A stretch of DNA of 64,000 nt from Macrostomum lignano. Its lineage: Eukaryota. The stretch lies in assembly GCA_002269645.1 (NCBI GenBank), contig NIVC01000946.1:310001-374000 (forward strand), read 5' to 3'. Below, piece after piece: positions 1-11,773 of this stretch. A model generated the notes under the pieces. That model was not told the origin of the DNA. It did no database searches and saw only the letters and a list, made by a program, of their open reading frames with translations. The translations under genes were made by a program, and so were the position numbers. How positions within the stretch are numbered: the stretch's first letter is position 1; the number at the start of each line of letters is the position of its first letter.

Positions 1-85
1 CGCGTCTGGTTTGAACCCTCTCAGCCGCCTCTTTCGTGTCCAGCAAATCAGAGTCTTCAGGCCACTCTCCTTTCGTGCAACGATC

Positions 86-410
86 TCACCCCGTCTTTGC
101 GCATGAAGGCGACGTCGTTAGGTGGAACATGCAGCTGTCTGAGCTCAATCGGCACCCTCGGTCGGCCCGGACGGTACAAGTCAGGTGCGTTCCTTGAGTC
201 AGAAGGTACTCTGACAGCCGATAGGAACCGAACCATTTGTCGACAAAGATGCGATAGCCTTGGTGCAGCAAATGGTAGCAGAGCTCAACAACAATCTTCT
301 CGTTGAAGGACAGATTGTCTCCCTGCAACTGTTCATCTAACCAGCGGTTCTCCTCTGGGGTCGAGTGAACGCGGAAGTTGTATAGGTAGCCTGAGTCAGG
401 GACTTCTGCG
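86..410 (-). pseudogene. piggyBac (DDE_Tnp_1_7/PGBD-like) transposase fragment, disrupted
   Basis: The minus strand reads ...DSGYLYNFRVH... (~360-400), then after a stop/frameshift KIVVELCYHLLHQGYRIFVDKWFGSYRLSEYLLTQGTHLTCTVRADRG. This matches the piggyBac pattern GY.Y.F.IY / G..vY.DN.FtS / G...tGTvR.NR. No TTAA-CCC termini were found. Confidence 0.8.
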
Positions 411-1627
411 ATATTAAAGCCGAGTTTCCAGTCCCTTAATTCTATGGTAAACTTATATCGCAGAAGTCCCTGGTCCAGTACAAACCTGATGGGGACCAGT
501 ATTGAATATTTGTTGAATGAAAGCTAAAGAACTTGAAGCATAACATGTTCTTTTTGCTCATGCATGTTTATGTGAAACGTAGAAAACTAAATTTGTTTCC
601 AAGAAAGTGATATCTCTGATCAGATTGTAATCTTCAAGTTCTTCGTTTATAAAATGAACTGACCGCGAGGCATGTAACAATATAAAATAAGATTACAATG
701 TGATCAAATATTTTACTGAAAGCAGCTGATGACGATAGGAATTCTTTCTTTGTCATCAGCGAATCAGTGAAATGGAGCATGAATTACAAATGATTAGTGA
801 ATGACAATTCGATTTAAACTACTCGATTTACGGAGCCCGGCCTTCCTGCTGATTGAGAGGGATGTAAAATACGAAGTGAACAGAATCGAGGTACATGTAG
901 CGTGAGCTAGACACCCAGCAGATGGCCATCTAGGGGGCGCAGATGACGAAATGATAAGAAACTGAAATTGAGCTGCCAAACTAACAGGAGCTATCAAAAG
1001 GTGTCAAAAAATTCTGTGATAATCTGCACTACGAGCGTAACTATCTGTTAAAAATGACTAAGTCTGCAAACCATGCGAACCGGGCAACTACTCGTACTTC
1101 TTTTTGCTACGATTTACTAGTATTGAAAATCTACACTGAAAAGATAATTTTCTGAAATTTGCATTTTATCTATTAAAAGACAGTAGATTAAATTAAAAAA
1201 TAGCCTTTCAAAACATAAAAAATGCTTAAAAATTATGAATTTGTTTAAAATAGAGTATTTTAATTTAAAAGACAAAAGGAATTAATTAAGGTTCCGTTCC
1301 CGATAAGAAAAAAATAACAAAAAGATCGATTTGGCAAAAAACATTTGAATGTAAAACGATTTTTGACTCGAAACTAAAATTTACCATCTGAAATCTGTGT
1401 ATATGTAAAAAATCAGCTTCACAGACCTTACTGTTGCTTCAGTGCACGTCTCCAATCTTGCATAGCGTGATGTTGAAACGTCAGAAAATGTACGATTTCG
1501 TAGCTACAAGGGTTTGTAACTTTGAATTTATAAAATAACCAGCTTATACTCGTAGGTTACAGTGTAATTATACAACAACAGCAACACAAAAAAATACGCA
1601 GTCCCCCAGTAGTCAGTGGAGGGAGCG

Positions 1628-2062
1628 TCAGATGGCATGTCGAAGCGCTAGCAGGCGAAGAATCAATTGCCCGGCCCATTGATCGACGGTGTCGGGCGCC
1701 ACAACGTTGCTCAGGATGCTGTCCATGTATCTCCGTGTCCTCGATTGCTTGAGCCCGCTGAACGGTTCCCGCAAAGTGAGCGGCAGGATGTCCTGGACAG
1801 GCTTTGGCAATAGCCCGGATCTGCACGTAGCGCCTGTCAGTAGTTGGAGTCGCCGTCTCGGTGCAGGATGGTACATGTGTTTTTTTGTCTTGCAGCTGTG
1901 CGTCCCTCTCGCACAGGTCCTTGGACGGGACGATTTTGTCAGCCTGAACGCATAGAGCAGCCCCGCGGGCCGAGTGCTCCAATTGTCTAGCTGTTGCTCC
2001 AGCGTGGCCGTTAACATCGGGACGCTAGAATTCGCACGACTAGATTTCGCGCGATCTGGCAT
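1628..2062 (-). pseudogene. possible integrase-like (Gypsy/Ginger) relic
   Basis: GC-richer island in AT-rich DNA. LEQQLDNWSTRPAGLLYAFRLTKSS loosely resembles the integrase C-terminal 'W...L..vLfAyR' motif. No catalytic residues are seen. Confidence 0.2.
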
Positions 2063-2444
2063 TGAAGCGCGCGACTTCTTTCTAGCGACTGGATTTCACG
2101 CGACTGGATTTAAGTGTTTAAGGATTTAAGGAAAGCAATCCTTAATTATACTCGATATTTGTTATATTTGTTCATATCTAACTACCTTTTCTGAATCGCA
2201 TACGTATTCATTTCCCGATTGACATTCAGATTCACATTCAAATTTTAACAAAGCCGCTGTAACTTTTCTTTACTTGAACGAAACGCTTTAAAATTTTACA
2301 AAAACTTTGATGCAATCAAGAAAAAAAACTACGTAAAATATCTCAGCATTTAAAAATAGACTGTAGAAATTATTCACATATAAAGTTTGTTCCTACCTCC
2401 TTAGTGTATTATTATGCAACTCAACAAAACGGCTTAAAATACAC

Positions 2445-3067
2445 GCAGAGCTACGAAACTTTATTTTTCTCTTGACGCACGCGAGATGCGTTGGCAAGTC
2501 AAAAATCAGCACCCTAGCTTAAAGCCTGTACGAGTTATTCACCTGCAAACTGTGTTCCTATCTCCGTAGTGTATTTTAGGGGTCCAGCTTGACATTCGCT
2601 GACAGACACTTCTACTCAACGCAGAGCTACGAAACTTTATTTTTCTCTTGACGCATGCGAGATGCGTTGGCAAGTCAAAAATCAGCACCCTAGCTTAAAG
2701 CCTGTACGAGTTATTCACCTGCAAACTGTGTTCCTATCTCCGTAGTGTATTTTAGGGGTCCAGCTTGACATTCGCTGACAGACACTTCTACTCAACGCAG
2801 AGCTACGAAACTTTATTTTTCTCTTGACGCACGCGAGATGCGTTGGCAAGTCAAAAATCAGCACCCTAGCTTAAAGCCTGTACGAGTTATTCACCTGCAA
2901 ACTGTGTTCCTATCTCCGTAGTGTATTTTAGGGGTCCAGCTTGACATTCGCTGACAGACACTTCTACTCAACGCAGAGCTACGAAACTTTATTTTTCTCT
3001 TGACGCACGCGAGATGCGTTGGCAAGTCAAAAATCAGCACCCTAGCTTAAAGCCTGTATGAGTTATT
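2445..3067. repeat. 176-bp subterminal tandem repeat in the left arm (~3.5 copies)
   Basis: GCAGAGCTACGAAAC recurs at 2445, 2621, 2797 and 2973. Confidence 0.95.
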
Positions 3068-3544
3068 CCAGTATTAGAGACTGTACGAGATTACAGTATT
3101 TACGCTTTCCGCCTCTGTAGTCTGGACAGTTACTAAGATTAAGGGAATTCATCTAATGGGAAACATATGACGGGATAGAAAGTTCACAAATTCGGCTCTG
3201 GTCATATAGCTGGGTCACCCACCTGAGCCTTAAAAATAATTTCTGTACGGACCCCCTGCCACACATCCCTTAATGAGCACGCATCGCATCATTTTTACGC
3301 TGCTTTAGTGGGGTCCTCATGATCGGGAGTTGTTTGGGCCATCTGGTGAAGCCCGGAAGTCGAAAACGGGACTCATTGGGAGTCTGCTACACCATGCAGC
3401 CATGCAGAAGACTTTTTAAACAGTGGATCCTCTTTCTGTGAATGATGAAGAGGTGACCGGACTTATTTCCGATCCGGTGACCGGACCGGATTTCATGTGA
3501 ACCTAAGGCTCAAAGAATCCAGTATCGGCTGAGGATCACCCCCT

Positions 3545-4915
3545 TCACGGAAAACTGACTGTTATTGAGTCAAATACCAGTAGGCTGATAATTATATAGC
3601 TCTGCACCAGCCAGAGAATGTGAGAATGGCCGCTATTAGCAATCGAGAGAGTCAAAAGCAGGGCTTCCAAGAACTCCAGAAAGCAGAGCTTCTCACCAGC
3701 AGCAAATCTGCCGGGCAAGATGCGCCTGATAATTCCTTGTACTTCTGCGGCAGAAGTATTTTTTAAAGCTAGCATTTGATGAAAAAGCAGCGGCAGAGAT
3801 CTTTGCAAGTCGCTAGCTATGTCCCGTCTCATTAATGGGCCGTTCTGCTCCATCCAGTAAAGAAGCTGAATGGCAGAATTGGCATAGCAGTCTGCTCCGC
3901 TATTTCTTAGTCCACAGAGAGGCTGCGGCTCTGAACTTCTTGATGATGTTTGTTTGGCAGCCTTTGCCCCTGAACTATGCTCTTGACGAGGCTCTGTTCT
4001 AACATTTTCCTCAGCAGGTAGAGATGTGTAAAGATTAGCGTTGAGGCTTTTAGGAAGCTGTGTATCAACGAAGCGGCGCTCAGGATATCGTTGGCGAAAG
4101 CAATCTGGGTCGTAGGCATAATGACCTAGGAGCAAAAGAACTGCCATTACATGGCAGTCACAGCCAGCTGTTCGGCTACCCACTTTGGACGAGGAGTAGT
4201 AGGCATGTAGCCTCCTTAGACCGGCATCGTGGAATCCAAAAGGGTTTCCATTCGGTAAATCGCTGAGGCGAAGAAGGACTCGATATGTTCGAGATGTGTG
4301 CCTCGAAAACACAACGGACAAAAATATCCACGACGGTTGCCAGTTGCCGAATTTCTTTTGCCAGTTCCTTGCCTGCTGTTCTTGCCGGAATTTCCAGCAG
4401 CGCATCGATTGAGGCAGCTGCGATGCAAGGTCTTCAAGCTCTAACCACGTATCACCGTCGAAATACTCAAGCGTGTGTTGCACCTGGATGTTTTGGATAT
4501 AGCTTTCAGACTGCTGTACATGAAATGGTCCCACACTTACTTCCTGAAGGTTGTCTATCTCAATTCGAGGAAAGCCTGTGGACTCTGGATCTAGCACATC
4601 GACTGGTGACCAGCGCCTCGACCCTTCGATAGGAATTCGGGTCACGTCACACAGGTAGTTCACACCTTCAATCGGATCGAATTCGTTGCTGAGAAACATG
4701 CGCCTATTAAAATTCTGACCAAACTCAAAAAGTGAGCTGTCATTCCATGACTTTGGCAGCGTTTTATTCAATGGGAATCCAATGTGCGATCGGTTGTATT
4801 TGGCAATACAGTTGTCGATAATGACATCTAGCCGACTCGACAGAAAAGCGGAAAAGCGTAGCCAGCCTACTGGTATTTGACTCAATAACAGTCAGTTTTC
4901 CGTGAAGGGGGTGAT
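3545..4915 (-). pseudogene. Truncated transposase (DDE_Tnp_4/PIF-Harbinger-ISL2EU-like C-terminus with SWIM-like finger) fused to a USP (peptidase C19) Cys box
   Basis: The 446-codon frame has no ATG start (TTG in the track). It contains FPRIEIDNLQEVSVGPFHVQQSESY, SRHTSRTYRV, YSSSKVGSRTAGCDCHVMAVLLLLG (degenerate CxC...CxH) and LCGLRNSGADCYANSAIQLL (USP GLxNxGnTCYxNSxlQ). An overlapping frame near 4840-4905 reads KLTVIESNTSRLATLFRFSVES, resembling the catalytic-E helix. No USP His box is present. Confidence 0.7.
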
Positions 4916-5384
4916 CCTCAGCCGATACTGGATTCTTTGAGCCTTAGGTTCACATGAAATCCGGTCCGGTCACCGGATCGGAAATAAGTCCGGTCACCTC
5001 TTCATCATTCACAGAAAGAGGATCCACTGTTTAAAAAGTCTTCTGCATGGCTGCATGGTGTAGCAGACTCCCAATGAGTCCCGTTTTCGACTTCCGGGCT
5101 TCACCAGATGGCCCAAACAACTCCCGATCATGAGGACCCCACTAAAGCAGCGTAAAAATGATGCGATGCGTGCTCATTAAGGGATGTGTGGCAGGGGGTC
5201 CGTACAGAAATTATTTTTAAGGCTCAGGTGGGTGACCCAGCTATATGACCAGAGCCGAATTTGTGAACTTTCTATCCCGTCATATGTTTCCCATTAGATG
5301 AATTCCCCTAATCTTAGTAACTGTCCAGACTACAGAGGCGGAAAGCGTAAATACTGTAATCTCGTACAGTCTCTAATACTGGAA

Positions 5385-6358
5385 TAACTCATACAGGCTT
5401 TAAGCTAGGGTGCTGATTTTTGACTTGCCAACGCATCTCGCGTGCGTCAAGAGAAAAATAAAGTTTCGTAGCTCTGCGTTGAGTAGAAGTGTCTGTCAGC
5501 GAATGTCAAGCTGGACCCCTAAAATACACTACGGAGATAGGAACACAGTTTGCAGGTGAATAACTCGTACAGGCTTTAAGCTAGGGTGCTGATTTTTGAC
5601 TTGCCAACGCATCTCGCGTGCGTCAAGAGAAAAATAAAGTTTCGTAGCTCTGCGTTGAGTAGAAGTGTCTGTCAGCGAATGTCAAGCTGGACCCCTAAAA
5701 TACACTACGGAGATAGGAACACAGTTTGCAGGTGAATAACTCGTACAGGCTTTAAGCTAGGGTGCTGATTTTTGACTTGCCAACGCATCTCGCGTGCGTC
5801 AAGAGAAAAATAAAGTTTCGTAGCTCTGCGTTGAGTAGAAGTGTCTGTCAGCGAATGTCAAGCGGGACCCCTAAAATACACTACGGAGATAGGAACACAG
5901 TTTGCAGGTGAATAACTCGTACAGGCTTTAAGCTAGGGTGCTGATTTTTGACTTGCCAACGCATCTCGCGTGCGTCAAGAGAAAAATAAAGTTTCGTAGC
6001 TCTGCGTTGAGTAGAAGTGTCTGTCAGCGAATGTCAAGCTGGACCCCTAAAATACACTACGGAGACAGGAACACAGTTTGCAGGTGAATAACTCGTACAG
6101 GCTTTAAGCTAGGGTGCTGATTTTTGACTTGCCAACGCATCTCGCGTGCGTCAAGAGAAAAATAAAGTTTCGTAGCTCTGCGTTGAGTAGAAGTGTCTGT
6201 CAGCGAATGTCAAGCTGGACCCCTAAAATACACTACGGAGATAGGAACACAGTTTGCAGGTGAATAACTCGTACAGGCTTTAAGATAGGGTGCTGATTTT
6301 TGACTTGCCAACGCATCTCGCGTGCGTCAAGAGAAAAATAAAGTTTCGTAGCTCTGCG
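5385..6358. repeat. 176-bp subterminal tandem repeat in the right arm (~5.5 copies, inverted)
   Basis: Reverse-complement copies of the left-arm unit with the same period. Confidence 0.95.
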
Positions 6359-7029
6359 TGTATTTTAAGCCGTTTTGTTGAGTTGCATAATAATACACTA
6401 AGGAGGTAGGAACAAACTTTATATGTGAATAATTTCTACAGTCTATTTTTAAATGCTGAGATATTTTACGTAGTTTTTTTTTCTTGATTGCGTCAAAGTT
6501 TTTGTAAAATTTTAAAGCGTTTCGTTCAAGTAAAGAAAAGTTACAGCAGCTTTGTTAAAATTTGAATGTGAATCTGAATGTCAATCGGGAAATGAATACG
6601 TGAATCGCATTCTAGGAGAATCGTTTTGCTTTAAGGTCATATATATAATATATCCATGTACGACATTGATTTTTTATTTTTTCCTGCTTAGAATCTTAGT
6701 GTCGTTAATGGGCTGGAAAACCGTTTTAAAAATTCTAGACGCTTTTTCAAACCTTACTTTTTACAAATATCGTAACTCGTATCGTAACTCGTGTAAAAAT
6801 TTAACCTTTTGAACAAATACTAAATACATCGGATTATACTGGCAAAACAGGCTCCTTAAGCCTGAGCCAAATTTACTACTACTATATTGTTGTCAACTAC
6901 TATAACTGAAAAACCGCGGTCATTCATGAGGCTCTTCATATTGCTTGTTCTGGTTCTAGAACCAGAACCAATTTGTAAAGTATAACTTTTTGTCTCCTTA
7001 ACTAGAGCGATATATTTGCTATAAAGGTT

Positions 7030-8880
7030 CCTAGTCATTTCGTCATCTGCCATTTCGTCATCTGGGTGTCTGGGGTGCTCACCTCGACTATGGTCACTTC
7101 GTCATCTTAATTAGGCCTAACATGCACTACCTGAAGAGAATCATTTCGTCATCCACCAATCATATTAGTTCCAACTTCAAGTGAATTATTGTGGCAATTA
7201 AATATATTTACTTGGAATCCTAATGATCCTAGTCATTTTGTCATCTTGATTGATAAAACCTGTCAATCGATTGGTTCTGCTTGCTGCAGCTTATAGTTAT
7301 TAAACAAAAAATAGTTTACACTAACTCAAATCATGCACAGATTGATTGGTTGATGACAAAGTATCTAGCATAACTAGAGCTGTCAAAAATAGAAATCTTA
7401 TTCGAGACGAGATTTGAGACAAAAAAGGCTTATAAGTCGAGAATTTCGAGACGAGACAGGACAAAGTAAATCTAAAAAATATATTTCAGAATTGTATCTT
7501 GTCTTGCTCTTATCTTGCCTTATCTTGTCTTAAATTTCTTGATAAGATACAATTCTAAAATATATTTTTTAGATTTTCTAGAATACTTTCTTAATTCTAG
7601 TTTTAATTCTTTGCTATTTATTCATAAGAATTTATGCTTGTAGCATACAGGCCCTTGCCCTTGGCGTTGGCCCTACTATGTCTATTACTAATTTGTCAAA
7701 AGACCTGTGTAGATTGTCTTCAAGTCTGCTATGATACACCTTGCTGCAGAACTGAAATGATAACTAAAAGAGCGCATTGCAATGCAAACTCGTATTTAAC
7801 GACGTTCGTTAAATAACTGCTTGACATTGGCTAGATTTTACCATTTGAAAATTGCCCTATCAAGCGTGTTACAACAAACAGTTGTATTGTGCTAGGGGTG
7901 TTCCCGTACGATACCAAATCCTACCATTGTAACCAAGTTGTCGCAGGTGTTTTACCTCCTACTTTATCAGTTTTAATCCCAACCGCTGATACTAAGTTGT
8001 TGTAGGTCTGATTCTTCCTTCTGAATAATATCCCACTATTGCCACCAAGTTGTAACAGGCCTTCAAATTCCCTGCTATCAAATTTATACTGCTGATACTA
8101 AATTCTGCCTTTAGTATTTCTAACTGTTTCTTAGAATCTCATATATTTTCTGGGAAGCATTTTTATGTATTAGTCTGGTAGCGTCTTATGTATTAGTCTG
8201 GTAGCGTTCTTAGTATATGGCCTGAGCGGTCTTACTGATATATGTACTTTCTCTCTTCTTCTCCAGTCTGGGCGTTACCGAGATTAGAGGGTCACAGCGA
8301 TTACTCTTAGTACTCTCTTTGCATGAATTCCCAATTCTGACTTTCAATACTTTTTAAATTGAGCAAAGATCTAAGAATGTTTATCGAACACGTTTTGAAC
8401 TTATAGCTAATGAACGAGTTAATTTTCCTACCTCCAACTTCGCTCCTATTTATATCATCTCGACTGTGTATATTTATAACAAACGTAGAATATTAGGAAT
8501 ATTTTGCAAATTAAAACAAAACATAGTTTTCGCGTGATTTTAGAAATAAGGTTTCCTAGAAAATAGTAACCACTTCTACAGTATTTATATGAAAATTTGC
8601 TCCCCTTTTTATATCTTATCACTTAAAAGCTTTGGAAAAAAGGTATCAGAAAAATTCTTGAATCTTGTCTCGAATTTCTTGACAAAATTCGAGATTTCTT
8701 GAGATGAGAAAAAATGTCGAGATCTTGTCTCGAATCTTGTCTCGTCAAGATCTCGTGACAGCTCTAAGCATAACTAAATATTTGGTCACTTCGTCATATT
8801 ATTTTTCAAGCTACTTTGCTTCTGGTCACTTCATCATCCAATATGACGAAATGGAATATGACGATCTGACCAGTGACCGC
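7030..8880. mobile_element. Older MITE-like element with GTCA(C/T)TTCGTCAT motifs, interrupted by the hAT insertion
   Basis: The motif recurs at 7035-7245 and 8784-8840, and inverted (ATGACGAAATGG, ATGACGA) at 8843-8865. Ends and TSD are unresolved. Confidence 0.4.
7375..8766. mobile_element. Non-autonomous hAT-type element, 1392 bp
   Basis: Terminal inverted repeat TAGAGCTGTCA...TGACAGCTCTA, perfect 8-bp TSD AGCATAAC (7367-7374 and 8767-8774), and subterminal CGAGAC(A/G)AGA repeats at both ends. No intact ORF. Confidence 0.88.
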
Positions 8881-9192
8881 TATGAACTCTTAATTCTTTA
8901 ATGAAAATCCCCAAGAAGAAAGTGAAAAAGTGTGCAAAGTGAGGCTGTTAAGGCCATCAAATATTCACAGAGTTAAATAGTTAAGCTGCTGTTTTTCTTG
9001 GAAGATCCGAACCAATTCTGGTTCTGGAATTGGTAATGTGAAGAGGCTTCATGCCGTATTCATTTGTTAAGCTCTAAGTATTTACTACAATATGCTCCGC
9101 ATAGGCGCAAGCAAGCTGTAGGCTATCTCACATTGGTTTGTTCATTTTGAAATGGTTCTATTCAGTAGGGCCTAGCAGCGTAAAATACTGAT

Positions 9193-9540
9193 TGCTAATG
9201 GTAATGGCTAGAGTTCCGGCGCCAGAACCCGTTTTGTAATGGCTATGGATCCGGCAGTCTTCTGCAGGCAGTTATCTACTAATGAAGTCTTTGGACATTA
9301 GAAGTATCTTGTTTTGAATCTCATTGTTTAGTTTTAATCTTAGGCCTATTAGGCCCTAAGTTATTCTTAATCTTATCTTGAACAAAATCCCAATATCAAC
9401 TACCTATTAAAAAGTAAAATGTTTCAGCTATATTATACCCATAAATTGCACTTTTGGAATACCACTGCTGGATGATCCATAGGCCTAGCCATTAGAAAAT
9501 GGGTTCCAATGCCAGAACTCTAGCCATTGCCATTGCTAGT
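9193..9540. repeat. Diverged ~65-bp inverted repeat pair (old MITE-like)
   Basis: AATGGTAATGGCTAGAGTTCCGGCGCCAGAACCCGTTTTGTAATGGCT (~9197) versus the reverse complement of 9485-9540 (AATGGCAATGGCTAGAGTTCTGGCATTGGAACCCATTTTCTAATGGCT). Confidence 0.55.
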
Positions 9541-10082
9541 TGTGCTAGTTGCTTTTTAGGCCTCTTTATTTCCTTTGAGTTTTGCCAAATGCAAATAAAA
9601 ATATAAATTTAGGAGGTCCTTATAACTCCTTGTCCTTATTGATACTGAGTCATTTAGGGCCAGGTTGGTGCAGGTCTAGGAAAGCTTGCCCTAGACTGGG
9701 AAAGAAAACCTTAGCAAACAGCATATAGGCAGCAAAGTGGCATCATAAATGATAAACCCTACTAATATATTTAGACCTAGGCCTAACTAAGTCCCAGTCT
9801 AGGCCTAATTAGATTTATCAAGTTTTTATGTCATTGCTTAAGTACTTATTTATTACAATTCATTTTTGCATAGTTTTTTATTTTTAAGCCTATTATAATA
9901 AATTTAGCTAGGGCCTAGGGCTAGGCCTAGCTAGGCCTATGCTTAACAGCTAACACTAGGCCTAACAATGTCAATGATAGATCCAGATAAGATATAAGGC
10001 AAGGGGCAGCTTCCCCCCTTTTATGCTATGGCTCAAATTGTATATAAAAAGAGAATATTGCAATTTTGGGCTTATTTGGGCC

Positions 10083-11143
10083 TTATTTTGGGCCAACCCA
10101 AAAAGTTGAGCTAATCTGCCTTCCTACTTTAAAAATCCTAGATCTACCACTGAGGCCTAGCCAGGCCAAACCAAAAGGTGCCCTCCGGTGTTGCAGCATG
10201 TAATCAATGAGATCTGCTGGGTCCTTGCAGAATACAACAAAGCAGCGCTTCTTCTGACCACCGCTGATCTCAAACTCTGCATTGGTCACCAAAAAGTAGT
10301 CGCTGAGGCTGCTGTCCAGCTGCTGCAACTTTGACTCCAGGCCTGCTTCAATTGACTTCCGCCCTTTCCACTTACAGAAGAATTGCGCTGCAGTCCTTGT
10401 TTGCCGTCTGCTTAAACTCAGCGCCTGCTGAAAGCAGCTCATTTCAGATGCTGAGATTGAAGAATCGTAAAAAGCAGCTGAGTTTTTAGCTTGTGATGGG
10501 GCTAGGAGACTGAGTGTTAGATTACACCCACGAGTTGCCAGTTGAATTGGAGTGGCACCATGCGCATCGACAGCTTTTCTTTTGATTAATTTGGCTGCGT
10601 GCATCTCAGCCCCTTGCTGGTCCACAGAGTACTCTGTGCACAGGTTTTCCCTGCATTGAGTGATGGTACAGCAGTGACTGACTCCTCGCCGGAGGATGCA
10701 AAGGCAGCATCGGCAGATTTTGGCTGGCAAAGCTATAGGCAGCTGGTCATTGGATGTCTTTGGCCAGCCAATTGGGTGAGCCGGAACTTTGGCAGAGCCA
10801 AGCCCCTGACCAATCAGAGTCATCCAGGCAACTTCACATAGATTACAATGGCACAGGGGATTCTGTCGTGTGACTGCTGTCTGCTTCACTTTTGAGAAGT
10901 CATATGGTTGGGGCAGAGCATCCACTGGCTTTCTACCATTGTCGACATCAAGAAGAAGTTTGCGACACCAAGCGCACAAAGATGCTGGAAGACTTTCATC
11001 AGTGATGTCAATATCCTCATTAAATTTCATTTGATGCATTGTAGATTTGCGTCACGAATAAGTTCATGAGATGCTCCTTTTTCAGAGCAGATCAGGTAAA
11101 CTTTCAATCCGTTCTCTGAATGAGTTAAAGCCGTTGAAGGCAT
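10083..11143 (-). pseudogene. Chapaev (CMC) transposase N-terminal half, frameshifted and truncated
   Basis: ATG at 11143 gives MPSTALTHSENGLKVYLIC..., then a 1-nt frameshift into the 318-aa frame with CAWC...LP.PYDFS...CHCNLC...CRCC...RGVSHCC...ENL...VVFCKDP. This is the Chapa zinc-finger architecture. The DDE core is absent. A putative terminus CACAATG lies on the minus strand starting at 11352. Confidence 0.75.
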
Positions 11144-11773
11144 TGCAGAGCTATCAAAAGTGCTATAAAAACTGATGATAGAATATAACTTTATTTGAAG
11201 TTTGTTGGCATTGTTTTATGCTAGGATAGAGTGGATTTTCCAATCACTGTGAGATGTTAACTGAGTTTGTAGTGCATGATTGTACATTTTCATTGAACCT
11301 TATAGTTGGCCTGCTTGCAGGCATGAAATTTTCAGACAAGTGCAGCATTGTGAATATCTGGTGGATGTATATCTGTTAAGTTAAAAACTGGCCGCCTAAA
11401 GTTAATCAATTGGTTGATTTCATTTCCCTTCCCTTGATTTCAACTCCCCCCCCCCATGGCAAGCCAACAAAGAATAAAAAAAAAATTAATTGAGTAAACT
11501 ACATGTACTTTGAAGTAGCTTCTGACTTTTGCTTTGACATCTCAGAAACCCCCCCCCCCTAATCTTAGTTATTCTCCGTGAGCCTTGATATCTCAGTAAT
11601 TCTCCCCAGCACAGTATTATAGCTTCATTTAATTTTTACATGACAGTTCTTTCATGTCTGACATGACACTTCTTTTGACTTTTGTGAAGTGAAGGCTTGT
11701 ATAATTTGCAAGCTAATTAACTATACTACATGATACAAAATGCAGAATAGGCCTCTTGAATAATGCTTTTACT

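Larger units (their letters stand above)
2202..6601. mobile_element. Foldback-type DNA transposon with long inverted arms and 9-10-bp TSD
   Basis: Left arm 2202-3587 is the reverse complement of right arm 4863-6601, with only scattered substitutions. The length difference equals two extra 176-bp units. GAATCGCAT is duplicated at 2193-2201 and 6602-6610 (10 bp if the preceding T is counted). Confidence 0.92.

Noticed and set aside
395-472. 18-bp inverted repeat CAGGGACTTCTGCGATAT
   Set aside because: It is probably a local rearrangement within the decayed piggyBac, with no TSD or functional context.
6860-9075. Weak inverted similarity between 6920-6975 and 9010-9055
   Set aside because: The match is about 40 bp at low identity and may be chance.
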